Below, one piece after another: positions 15,972 through 24,288 of a stretch of 24,288 nt of DNA (positions are counted from its first letter, which is position 1; each line of letters opens with the position of its first letter). The translations under genes were made by a program, and so were the position numbers. The DNA comes from an uncultured Janthinobacterium sp. (GTDB lineage Bacteria; Vulcanimicrobiota; Vulcanimicrobiia; Vulcanimicrobiales; Vulcanimicrobiaceae). The notes below the pieces were generated by a model. That model worked only from the letters and a program-made list of their open reading frames with translations. It had not been told where the DNA came from and did not search any database. Where the stretch lies: positions 1-24,288 of the forward strand of contig CAZZXB010000020.1 in NCBI GenBank assembly GCA_964658025.1, read 5' to 3'.

Positions 15972-17355
15972 GAATTTCCGCGAGCGCGACGTCGACGGCC
16001 GCGCGAGCGCTACGCACCGCGCCTTCGATGCTCGCCGGAAAGCGATGGTTCGTGTAACAGCCCGCGAGAAAGAGGTTGCGGACGGGCGTCCGCGATCCCG
16101 GGCGCAGACGCTCGGCACCCGGACTCGCCCGGTAGACGCTCTTGGGCACGCGCACGAGCTTTGCTTTCACGAGGTTGGTACGGTTCGCGAGCGGATAGAG
16201 CTTTTCCATGTCGCGCATGACGCGATCGATCACGGCGTCGTCGTCGAGCTTCATGAGATCGTCCGCCGGAGCGACGCAGATCTCCACGAACGAGCGATCG
16301 GGCCACTCGTAGCCGGGCGAGGCCTGACCGAGATCCGCGTGGACGGGCAAGATCGTCCCCGGTGCGAAGATCAGATTCGTCAGCTTCGAGATCTTGCGGT
16401 CGAACCACAGGTGCGCGTTGATGATCGGACTCGACTCGAGCTTTCCGACGCCGTGCACGAGCGGATCGCGCAGCATCTCGGCGGGGAGTAGTTTCGCCGC
16501 ATCGTGGACGGGCGTCGCGAGGATCGTCGTCTCGGCGCGATACGTCCGACCGTCTTCGGTGCGGACGCCCGCGACGCGATCGTTCTCGAAGAGCAGTTCG
16601 CGCACGGGCGCGGCGACCTCCACCGTCTGACCGCGCTCGCGGACGTGATCGACGAGCGGCGCGACGAACGCGATCGAGGGCGGCGCGTTGAGAAAACCCG
16701 CGCGGCTCGCGTTCTTGCTCGACGCGAAATACGCCATCACGCGGAGCATCGCTTCGGCCGAGATCTTGTCGATCGGCGTGAAGTTGAGCGCGAGCGACAT
16801 CGGCGCGAAGAACGTGCGCAGCATGTGCTCGCTCATCCCGCGCTTGCGATGCCAGTCGGCGTAGCTGATGTCGTCCTGACGTTCGGCGTACCCGTGGTCG
16901 CCGAGCAAGACCGGAAGCGTCCCCTTCGCGAAGAGGAACTTCTCGAAATTATTGAAGACGTATTTGCCGTTGAGCACCGCGCCGACGCCGTTGAGCGGTG
17001 CCGGGAGATCGACGAAGTGGAATTCCTCGAAGATCGCCGCGTCCGACTTCCAGCGCGGCGAGAACCCCGCGGGAAACGCCCACGTGAGCGTGTGCGGTTG
17101 CCACAACACGTTGTCGGCGATGCCGACGTCGGCGAGCAGGGCGTGGACGTTCGCGTAGCCGCCGAAGAACGAGTGCAGCCCCGTTTCGAGCCAGTCGCCG
17201 TCGCGATCGCGCCACGACGAGAGTTTGCCGCCGGGGATGTCGCGCTTCTCGAGGACGAGCGCCGTCTTTCCGGCGTCCGCGAGAAACTTCGCGGCGGCGA
17301 GCCCGGCGGGCCCGGCTCCGACGACGATCGCATCGGGTTCGGTCGTTGCGATCAG
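15958..17355 (-). CDS. crtP: CrtP/CrtQ-type (cyanobacterial/Chlorobi-like) carotene desaturase, most like phytoene desaturase CrtP
   Basis: GAGPAGL FAD motif, GGKLSSWRDRDGDWLETGLHSFFGGY, MSLALNF, KSVYRASPG and ASIEGAV; adjacent to crtB. Start probably CTG at 17355. Confidence 0.72.
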   Translation of the reverse strand: MIATTEPDAIVVGAGPAGLAAAKFLADAGKTALVLEKRDIPGGKLSSWRDRDGDWLETGLHSFFGGYANVHALLADVGIADNVLWQPHTLTWAFPAGFSPRWKSDAAIFEEFHFVDLPAPLNGVGAVLNGKYVFNNFEKFLFAKGTLPVLLGDHGYAERQDDISYADWHRKRGMSEHMLRTFFAPMSLALNFTPIDKISAEAMLRVMAYFASSKNASRAGFLNAPPSIAFVAPLVDHVRERGQTVEVAAPVRELLFENDRVAGVRTEDGRTYRAETTILATPVHDAAKLLPAEMLRDPLVHGVGKLESSPIINAHLWFDRKISKLTNLIFAPGTILPVHADLGQASPGYEWPDRSFVEICVAPADDLMKLDDDAVIDRVMRDMEKLYPLANRTNLVKAKLVRVPKSVYRASPGAERLRPGSRTPVRNLFLAGCYTNHRFPASIEGAVRSARAAVDVALAEIRVRA

Positions 17356-17804
17356 AGGACGAACTCCTGAGGATGGGCGACGGTCGGCGAATCGATCGCG
17401 AGCAGACCCGCGAGATTGATCTCTTCGAACATATATCGCATCGACGCCGTGAGCGGTACGATCGTCGCAGAAACCGTCGACCCGTCGTACGAGGCGTCGG
17501 AGACGGCCGGCGAGAGGTTGAGGTGTCCGATGAAATGCGTCGGATCGACGACCTTGCCCGAGTGGTTCACGACGGGGACGGAGACGGCGATCGCCGTGGG
17601 GTTCGCGATGCCTTTGCGCTTGAGGCGGCGCATGACCGCGTCGATGTTTCCCGGCCACTGGTACAGCATCGTCGCCTTTCCGGCGACCGGATCGACGGCG
17701 ACGTCGGTCGTGCCCGGCGTTTGCGAGAAGACCTCGAGCGCGTCCTGGGCTTGCGCCGGGGTGACGACGGCGAGCGGGATCGTCAAGCGAGCGAATGCGG
17801 CCAT
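17352..17804 (-). CDS. hypothetical protein (150 aa), first gene of the crt unit
   Basis: ATG at 17804 with an AAAGGA RBS, natural amino-acid composition, and a stop overlapping the desaturase start. Confidence 0.75.
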   Translation of the reverse strand: MAAFARLTIPLAVVTPAQAQDALEVFSQTPGTTDVAVDPVAGKATMLYQWPGNIDAVMRRLKRKGIANPTAIAVSVPVVNHSGKVVDPTHFIGHLNLSPAVSDASYDGSTVSATIVPLTASMRYMFEEINLAGLLAIDSPTVAHPQEFVL

Positions 17805-17843
17805 GATACGTCCTTTACGGGTTCGAGCGAACGACGTGGGCGA

Positions 17844-17887
17844 AGCGTAGGCGGTGCGGAACCGCGGCGTCGGTGACGGCCCGCACA
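17844..17887 (-). promoter_or_regulatory. predicted Crp-activated class II promoter of the hypothetical-crtP-crtB unit
   Basis: Minus strand TGTGC-GGGCCG-TCACC (17887-17872), then 23 nt from the core, then -10 TACGCT (17849-17844). Confidence 0.6.
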
Positions 17888-17955
17888 GAGGCAGCGCCAT
17901 CGGCGTCGAAGCAATCGTAAACGAAGTCGAGCCAGAAAGTTGTAGTCTACGCGTC

Positions 17956-19032
17956 ATGCCCCTCACGATTTCTCCCGTCACGAACATCCGCGACCTCGTC
18001 GCGAGCCTCCCGATCGCGGAGAGCGTGCTCGCGGAATTCGGATTGCGGTGCTCCGGGTGTTCGGTCAACGCCTACGAGACCATCGAGGCGGGCGCCAAGG
18101 CACACGGATTGCGCGTCGAACCGATCGTCGCCGCGCTCGCGCAGGCCCGGCTCTCGGGTCGCGTGCCGACGATCATGAACGACGACCGTCGCCCCCACGT
18201 CGCGGCGCCGGGCGCGTTCGCGCGGCGCGGCACGATGAAGGCCGTGGTCCCCGTGATGTCCGGCAAGGGCGGCGTCGGAAAGTCGCTGACGACGGGACTG
18301 CTCGCGGTCGGCTTACGCCGGGCCGGCAAACGCGTCGGCATCCTCGACGCCGACATCACGGGTCCGTCGATCCCGCGACTCTTCGGTCTGCGCGATCCGC
18401 TCGACATGGAGAAGGGTCCTCCCGACGCGACGGGCCAAACGCGACCGCTCTTCGTCCCCGCGCTCACGCGCGCCGCGATCGAGGTCGTCAGCTCGAACCT
18501 GCTGACGCCCGAAGAAGATACGGCGATGATTTGGCGCGGACCGATCCTCTCGGGCGTGATCCGGCAGTTCTACGAACAGACGCTCTGGAGCGATCTCGAC
18601 GTCCTCCTCATCGATCTTCCGCCCGGCACCTCCGACGCGCCGCTCACCGTCCTGCAGTCGCTCGCGATCGACGGCGTCGTGCTCGTGACGATGCCGCAGG
18701 CGCTCGCGACGATGATCGTGCGCAAGGCCGCGAACCTCATCCATCAGATGAAGAAACCGATCCTCGGCGTCATCGAGAACATGTCGTACTTCACCGCGCC
18801 CGATACGGGGAAGCGTTACGACGTCTACGGACCGTCGTACGCCGACAGCGTCGCCGAACTCGCGCGCGCCCCCGTTTTCGCGCGACTCCCGATCGATCCG
18901 GAATTGATGGCGCTCGCCGATAGCGGCCGGATCGAAGAGACGACCTCGCCCGTCGTCGACGTGCTCGCCGCCGCGCTCCTCGACGCGCTCGCCGCGACGC
19001 CGAAGGTCAAAGAAACGATCTCGATCATCTGA
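17956..19032 (+). CDS. Mrp/NBP35 (ApbC)-family P-loop ATPase with an N-terminal DUF1858-like CxxC domain
   Basis: MSGKGGVGKS, DADITGPS, WRGP, IDLPPGTSD and GVIENMSY. N-terminal VLAEFGLRCSGC..ETIEAGAKAHG. Confidence 0.87.
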   Translation: MPLTISPVTNIRDLVASLPIAESVLAEFGLRCSGCSVNAYETIEAGAKAHGLRVEPIVAALAQARLSGRVPTIMNDDRRPHVAAPGAFARRGTMKAVVPVMSGKGGVGKSLTTGLLAVGLRRAGKRVGILDADITGPSIPRLFGLRDPLDMEKGPPDATGQTRPLFVPALTRAAIEVVSSNLLTPEEDTAMIWRGPILSGVIRQFYEQTLWSDLDVLLIDLPPGTSDAPLTVLQSLAIDGVVLVTMPQALATMIVRKAANLIHQMKKPILGVIENMSYFTAPDTGKRYDVYGPSYADSVAELARAPVFARLPIDPELMALADSGRIEETTSPVVDVLAAALLDALAATPKVKETISII

Positions 19033-20252
19033 TGTTCGGGAAATTTTGGAGTTGGGTCGCGGCGGGCGCCGTCGCCGGATACGCGGCCGTCCGCACGAGC
19101 GAGGCCGTGCGCGAGCTGCGCGCGCCCGCGCCCGCGCTCGCGCGCGATCCGGCAGCGTACGGAACGCTGCGACGCGAGCTCATGCTCGCCGGAATGGCGC
19201 GCTCGCTCGCGACGCTCGGCGCGGCGGCATACGCGATCGGACCGCTCGTCGACGCGCGCGACGGGCGCGGCGACGACGCCGCCGATGCGGACGCGGCGAC
19301 GGAATCGCGCGTGCGGCGACTCGGTCGTCTCGCGATCGCCCTCGCGGCGACGACGGCGATCGAGCTACCGAGCGATTTCGTCGAAGGCTTCGCGCTCGAA
19401 CGGCGCTACGGTCTCTCCAAGCAGACTCCGGGTGCGTGGCTCGGCGAACAGGCGAAAGGCTTCGGGCTCTCCGTCGCGATCGGCTTGCCGCTTTTGGAAC
19501 TGCTCTCGCTCGCGGTCGCGCGCGCGCCGCGCTCGTGGCCGCTCCTCGCGACTGCCGGGACGCTTCCGCTGCTCGTGCTCGCCAACGTCGTCGCGCCGAC
19601 GTTCATCGCGCCGCTCTTCAACACGTTCGAACCGATCGAGGGCGCGTTCGCCGATCGGATCCGCGCGCTCGCCGCGCGCTACGGCGCGGGCGACGCCACG
19701 ATCTTACGCGTCGACATGAGCAAGCAGACGGAAAAAGCGAACGCCTACGTCACGGGTCTGTTCGGCACGAAGCGGATCGTCATCGGCGATACGTTACTCG
19801 ACCGCTTCGAACCGGACGAGACGATTTTCGTCGTCGCGCACGAACTGGGACACTACGTCGCACGCGACGTCTGGCGCGCGGTCGCGATCGGCACCGCGAC
19901 GACCGCCGCCACGTTCTTCGGCGCGCGCGCGCTCGCGAATCGCGCGAACGGAAGCCTCGCGACGAGCGTCGGGCTCGCGCGCCTCTTCTTCGCCATCTCG
20001 CTCTGCGGCACGCTCGCCCGTCCGATCGTCTCGAGCTTCTCGCGCGGCCGAGAACGCGCCGCCGATCGTTTCGCGATCGGCGCGACGGCGGACGCCGCGA
20101 GCGGCGCGGCCGCCTTCGAACGTCTCCGCGAGACGAACATGGCCGAAGCCGAACAGCCGCGTTGGATGGAGGTGCTCTTCTCCACCCACCCGTCGCTCCG
20201 GAGTCGGATCGATTTCTTGCACGCGCGGGCGGAGGGCGCCGCCGCGGGTTAG
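19032..20252 (+). CDS. M48-family (Ste24-like) membrane zinc metalloprotease
   Basis: KANAYVTG, HELGH, ERAAD and STHP motifs, with several hydrophobic segments. Confidence 0.9.
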   Translation: MFGKFWSWVAAGAVAGYAAVRTSEAVRELRAPAPALARDPAAYGTLRRELMLAGMARSLATLGAAAYAIGPLVDARDGRGDDAADADAATESRVRRLGRLAIALAATTAIELPSDFVEGFALERRYGLSKQTPGAWLGEQAKGFGLSVAIGLPLLELLSLAVARAPRSWPLLATAGTLPLLVLANVVAPTFIAPLFNTFEPIEGAFADRIRALAARYGAGDATILRVDMSKQTEKANAYVTGLFGTKRIVIGDTLLDRFEPDETIFVVAHELGHYVARDVWRAVAIGTATTAATFFGARALANRANGSLATSVGLARLFFAISLCGTLARPIVSSFSRGRERAADRFAIGATADAASGAAAFERLRETNMAEAEQPRWMEVLFSTHPSLRSRIDFLHARAEGAAAG

Positions 20253-20752
20253 CGGCCGACGACGGCCTTGAGGGTTTTGATGTCGTCGGGCGTGACGGTC
20301 GTCGTCTGTTTTTCGGCGAGTTGCGCGAAGGCGACGAAACCCGTGCTCGGACTGTAGGCGACGCCACGATCGGTTTCGGTGCCGACGTGGAACTCGTAGT
20401 ACGCCGTGTACGGCTTGAGCGGCGAGACGTCGAAGAGATCGACGTGCACGTGGCGGACGTTGAGCTCGTGCTGGAACTGCTCGATCGCGGCGTACGTGGA
20501 GCCGTCGGTATCGTTCGGATCGACCTTCGCGATATCGACCGTGAGTTGCTTCGTCCACTCGTCCTTCGTCTCGCCGGTTTTGACGAAGCGGAGTTGGAGT
20601 TGCGACTTGTCGCTCGGACCGGTCGAATCGGCCAGGTTCGGAACGCCGAGCTCGTTTGCGAGTTTCGCATACGGCGCGTCGGCGGCCGATGCGGTACCGA
20701 GCGAGGCGAGAACGAAGGCGGCGAGCGCGAGCGCGCGTTGTCGGAGCGTCAT
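20249..20752 (-). CDS. hypothetical secreted protein
   Basis: MTLRQRALALAAFVLASLGTASA-AD signal peptide; 167 aa; ATGA overlap with the glycosyltransferase gene. Confidence 0.75.
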   Translation of the reverse strand: MTLRQRALALAAFVLASLGTASAADAPYAKLANELGVPNLADSTGPSDKSQLQLRFVKTGETKDEWTKQLTVDIAKVDPNDTDGSTYAAIEQFQHELNVRHVHVDLFDVSPLKPYTAYYEFHVGTETDRGVAYSPSTGFVAFAQLAEKQTTTVTPDDIKTLKAVVGR

Positions 20753-21819
20753 CGCGCGAAGACTTCGCGCTCGACCGCCTGCCACATGCGTTCGACGATC
20801 GCGTCCCACGAAATTCGGCGCGCCCGCTCCCGTCCGCGATCGCGGCGCTCGGGATCGGGCCGGAGCGCCTCGCGACACGCACGGACGAACGAGGCGGCAT
20901 CGTTCGCGACCCGCGCGACGTCGCCGTAATCGCGCGCGACGTCGGCGATATCGGTCGCGACGACCGGGACCCCGGCCGCGAGATATTCGGGCGTCTTCGT
21001 CGGCGAGAGGCTCGCGGTCGCGGCGTTGCGCGCGAAGGGGACGAGCGCGACGTCGGTCCCGGCGAGGATCGAGGGGAGCGCCGCGTACGACAGTTGGCCC
21101 GTGCAGTGGAGGTTCGCGCGTCGCGGCACGCGCGTCGGCGCGAGCTTCACGAAGGGGCCGACGAGGACGAGATTGGGCAGTTCGTCCGCGACCGCGGCGA
21201 CGATCTCGAGATCGACGCGCTCGTCGATCACGCCGACGTACGTCGCGATCGGCCTGGCGAGTTCGTCGAAGAGCGGATGGGGGCGAACGACGCTCGCCGA
21301 CGCGAAGTGCTCGAACTCCACGCCGCTCGGTTCGAGACGTACTTTGGCGCCGTACGATCGGCGCGAGGCGAAGAGAGACGGACCGCCCGCGAACACGACG
21401 CTCGCGCGTTCGAGTAACGCGCGTTCGGCCTCCGCGATCCCGACGGGGGCGAAATCGAACGCCGCGAGATCGTCCATGCAGTCGTACGCGATCGGCGCGG
21501 CGAGGGCGTCCGCGATCGCGATCGCGCTCGGCGTGTACAGCCACGCGAGCGCGGAACGTCCGGCCGCCCAGGCGCGGATCGCCGCGAGCGTGCGGGCGTC
21601 GACCGCCGGCACCTCGCCCGCGAGACGCACGGGACGCAAGATCGTCAGCCCGTCGCGCTCCACGAACTCGTCGCGCTCTTGCATCCCGAAAAACGGTTCT
21701 TCGACGTAGAGTAACGGGAGCCGACGCGCGAGTCGGGAGACGACGTGGTGGGGTCGCTGACGCACGCCGTCGTAGCGCAGATGCGAGCCGACGACGATGC
21801 AGTCCGATCGGTTGACCAT
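20749..21819 (-). CDS. glycosyltransferase (GT-B, family 4-like)
   Basis: SHLRYDGVRQRPHH, YDCMDDL, GVIDERVD and SPTKTPEYLAAGVPVVAT. Confidence 0.88.
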   Translation of the reverse strand: MVNRSDCIVVGSHLRYDGVRQRPHHVVSRLARRLPLLYVEEPFFGMQERDEFVERDGLTILRPVRLAGEVPAVDARTLAAIRAWAAGRSALAWLYTPSAIAIADALAAPIAYDCMDDLAAFDFAPVGIAEAERALLERASVVFAGGPSLFASRRSYGAKVRLEPSGVEFEHFASASVVRPHPLFDELARPIATYVGVIDERVDLEIVAAVADELPNLVLVGPFVKLAPTRVPRRANLHCTGQLSYAALPSILAGTDVALVPFARNAATASLSPTKTPEYLAAGVPVVATDIADVARDYGDVARVANDAASFVRACREALRPDPERRDRGRERARRISWDAIVERMWQAVEREVFAR

Positions 21820-21848
21820 TCGGATGCTCGGGTACGGCCTCGGATACG

Positions 21849-22805
21849 ATGAACCTGGCTCCCGTAAAGGCGACGTTCGTCGCGTTCAACGATGACAAAT
21901 GTCAACGCCTCGCCGCGGCGATCGCGTACTCGACGATCTTTTCGATCGCGCCGCTCTTGATCGTCGTCGTCGCGTTGTTCGGAGCGTTCGTCGGAGGCGA
22001 CTCGCAGACGCAGGCGCGGCTTCTCGATATCGTGCAACGCGATGCCGGAAAGCAGGCGGCCGACACGCTCGGTCAGATCATCCACGTGTCCTTCGACAAA
22101 CCGCGTCAGGGGATCATCGCGCAGATCGTCGGCTGGGTCGCGTTCGTCGTCGGCGCGAGCGGCCTCTTTTCGGCGCTCCAGGACGCGCTCAACGCCGTCT
22201 GGCACGTCGAGAGCACGAAGGGCGGCTGGAGACAACTCGTACGCTCGCGGCTCGCCTCGTTCGGCATGATCCTCGTCGTCGGCTTCCTCTTGCTCGTGAC
22301 GTTCGTCGCGAACGGCGTCATCGCGTTCGTCGGCGCGCACTTCCTCTCGCTCCTGCCGTACGGATCGAATCCGGCCGTGATCGCGTCGATCGATCAGGTC
22401 GTGAGCTTCGGACTCGTGACGGTCATCTTCGCGATGATCTTCAAGATTCTCCCCGACGTCACCGTCGCGTGGCGCGACGTCTGGATCGGCGCGGCGGCGA
22501 CCGCCCTGCTGTTCGTCGTCGGCGAGGCGCTCATCGCGATCTACTTCGCCGTCGGCGGCGTCACGTCGGCTTACGGCGCGGCGGGCTCGTTACTCGTCGC
22601 GTTGCTATGGATCTATTATTCGGCGATGATCTTGCTGCTCGGGGCCGAGTTCACGAAGATCAACGCGAAGCGCGTCCGTCTCATCGTGCCCTCCGTCATT
22701 CGCGCGACCTTCGAACAGCCGGCGGGCGTCGATCCGCGCGCGTCCGCGCGCGCGACCGAGAAACGCGAAGACGCCGCACGCGACACGGAGTCGCAAAAAG
22801 GCTGA
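21849..22805 (+). CDS. YihY/virulence factor BrkB family membrane protein
   Basis: RLAAAIAYSTIFSIAPLL, LQDALNAVW and YGAAGSLLVALLWIYYSAMILLLGAEF. Confidence 0.9.
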   Translation: MNLAPVKATFVAFNDDKCQRLAAAIAYSTIFSIAPLLIVVVALFGAFVGGDSQTQARLLDIVQRDAGKQAADTLGQIIHVSFDKPRQGIIAQIVGWVAFVVGASGLFSALQDALNAVWHVESTKGGWRQLVRSRLASFGMILVVGFLLLVTFVANGVIAFVGAHFLSLLPYGSNPAVIASIDQVVSFGLVTVIFAMIFKILPDVTVAWRDVWIGAAATALLFVVGEALIAIYFAVGGVTSAYGAAGSLLVALLWIYYSAMILLLGAEFTKINAKRVRLIVPSVIRATFEQPAGVDPRASARATEKREDAARDTESQKG

Positions 22806-22831
22806 GGCCGCGACGTGGAGACCCCGTCCCC

Positions 22832-24034
22832 TCAGACGCTCGCGAACGCTCGGGAGCCGCGGACGAGTTCGCGCAGGCGGGTCGCGACCCGCGTCTCGCG
22901 CGGTTCCTCATTCGGGGCCGCGAAGGCGAAGATCCCGTCTTCGCGGATGCCGTCGCGGCGGAGCAAGAGCGAATTCCAGTCGACCATCCCGAACGCCGCC
23001 CACGCGCCGACCATCGCCACGGGCAGGCCCTCGGCGCGTAACGACGTCGCATCGGCGAAACGTGCGTCGAGCCACGCCACGCGTTCGCTTTCGTCTCCCG
23101 CCCGATGGACCTCGCTGAAGCCGAACGGCAATCCGAGTCGCGCGTGCGCGGCCCGCAATAACGGGAGCGGCGAGATCGGTCGCGTCGTCATCGCCTCCAC
23201 GTTCGTCGTGCGATTCCGTGCGTCGCGCCCGACGAGCCGTTCGGAGTTCGGATAGTAATTCCAACCGACGAGATCGGGCACGACCGCCATGCGTCGCACG
23301 CGCTCGAGCGTCGCGACCGAGATGCCGCACCGTTCGCGCAGGTACGCGTGCATCGCGTGGCCCGGGACGACGCGGCCCGCGACGAGTTCGATCGCGAGAA
23401 ACGCGCGCTCGCGCTTGTGATCGACGTAATCGCGCACGCGATCGTCCGTCGCCGTGAAGCCCTGGAGATCTTCGGTCACGAAGAACTCGGCGCCCGGGAC
23501 GTGCCGCCGGATCGCCGCCATCGCGCCGAGCATCGCGAGCGCCTCGTTGACGATCGCCGTTCCGAACGACGCGTCGTCGCGACGGTTGGGATACCAGCTG
23601 CCGTAGAGCGTCGCGAAACGCGCCGTCGTGAGCGGTTCGTTGATCGGCGTCCATCGCCGTATCCACGGGAACGCGCGGGCGACCGCACCCGCGTACGCCG
23701 CGAACGCGTCCGGGAAGCGATCGTCGAGGAGATCGGTCCACGCCGGACCGCTGCCGTGATGCAGTAACGTCACGATCGGCTCGACGTCGAGTCGGCGCAA
23801 TCGCTCGAGCCGGGGGCGCGCCCACGCGAGATCGAGCGCCGTCGGATCGCCCGGCGCCGTTCGCTCCCAGAGCACGGGATACCGCGTCGCCGAGATGCCG
23901 AGGCCCGCGAGCAGATCGATATCGCCGGGACGCGCCGCGTGCCCCGTCTCGGCGAGCTGATCGCGGAACGTCGTCGCGTCCGTGCGCGCGAACGTCGGCT
24001 CGGGCGACGCCCAGATCTCGAGCGGCCGCGACAC
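22832..24034 (-). CDS. family 1 glycoside hydrolase-like protein
   Basis: RYPVLWE, LLHHGSGP, TPINEP (acid/base) and FSEVH (nucleophile region). GTG start 2 nt after the upstream stop. Confidence 0.8.
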   Translation of the reverse strand: MSRPLEIWASPEPTFARTDATTFRDQLAETGHAARPGDIDLLAGLGISATRYPVLWERTAPGDPTALDLAWARPRLERLRRLDVEPIVTLLHHGSGPAWTDLLDDRFPDAFAAYAGAVARAFPWIRRWTPINEPLTTARFATLYGSWYPNRRDDASFGTAIVNEALAMLGAMAAIRRHVPGAEFFVTEDLQGFTATDDRVRDYVDHKRERAFLAIELVAGRVVPGHAMHAYLRERCGISVATLERVRRMAVVPDLVGWNYYPNSERLVGRDARNRTTNVEAMTTRPISPLPLLRAAHARLGLPFGFSEVHRAGDESERVAWLDARFADATSLRAEGLPVAMVGAWAAFGMVDWNSLLLRRDGIREDGIFAFAAPNEEPRETRVATRLRELVRGSRAFASV

Positions 24035-24036
24035 GG

Positions 24037-24288
24037 TCAGGCGACGACGGGCGAGGGTTTCGTGCCGAGCCACGAGGCGAGATCGGTTTTGCGGCCGGCG
24101 TAGGCGCCCGTGCGCAGTTCGGCGCGGAGTTCGCCGAACGTGCCGAACGCTTCGGCGAACGCGTCGTGCTTGTGGATCGACTCGTAATTGACTTGCGAGG
24201 CGAGCACGAACGACTCGTCGGGGAAGTGACCGTACGCCTCGAGCGCTTGCGCCAAGATCGAGCGCACGACGTCTTCGACGAAGCGCGG
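24037..24288 (-). CDS. folE2: GTP cyclohydrolase FolE2/MptA family, C-terminal part (truncated by window)
   Basis: PRFVEDVVR...QVNYESIHKHDAFAE motif. Confidence 0.78.
   Translation of the reverse strand, partial: PRFVEDVVRSILAQALEAYGHFPDESFVLASQVNYESIHKHDAFAEAFGTFGELRAELRTGAYAGRKTDLASWLGTKPSPVVA

Noticed and set aside
1..24288. CRISPR arrays, tRNA/rRNA genes, transposases or integrases
   Set aside because: None recognised. The frequent CGCG/TCGA words are compositional bias, not spaced repeats.

Overview
This GC-rich window is centred on an anoxygenic photosynthesis gene cluster with a type-II (quinone) reaction centre, all on the minus strand: hypothetical-crtP-like desaturase-crtB, then pufB-pufA-pufL-pufM-pufC-Crp/Fnr regulator, then bchF-bchC-bchX-bchY-bchZ-dprA-like-photoactive yellow protein (PYP)-like. 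It is flanked by hemL, an SDR/ArsR pair, phhB and an M28 peptidase on the left. On the right are a DUF1858-Mrp ATPase, an M48 protease, a glycosyltransferase, a YihY protein, a GH1-like hydrolase and the 3' end of a FolE2/MptA GTP cyclohydrolase. The photosynthesis proteins are not proteobacterial-like: the antenna beta chain is Chloroflexota-style, PufL/M are mosaic, and the desaturase is of the cyanobacterial/Chlorobi type. My best taxonomic guess, which is inference only, is Vulcanimicrobiota/Eremiobacterota (WPS-2), where type-II phototrophy is already known. The most striking unannotated signal is regulatory. Each of the three photosynthesis transcription units has a CRP-type palindrome 22-23 nt upstream of a TAnnnT -10 box (class II activator geometry), and a Crp-family gene with a RETVSR recognition helix sits inside the puf operon. 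This suggests a self-activating photosynthesis regulon, possibly linked to the PYP-like sensor. The first ~55 nt look like a glyA fragment joined in frame to the peptidase, possibly an assembly chimera. All family assignments are from recalled motifs; no searches were run.
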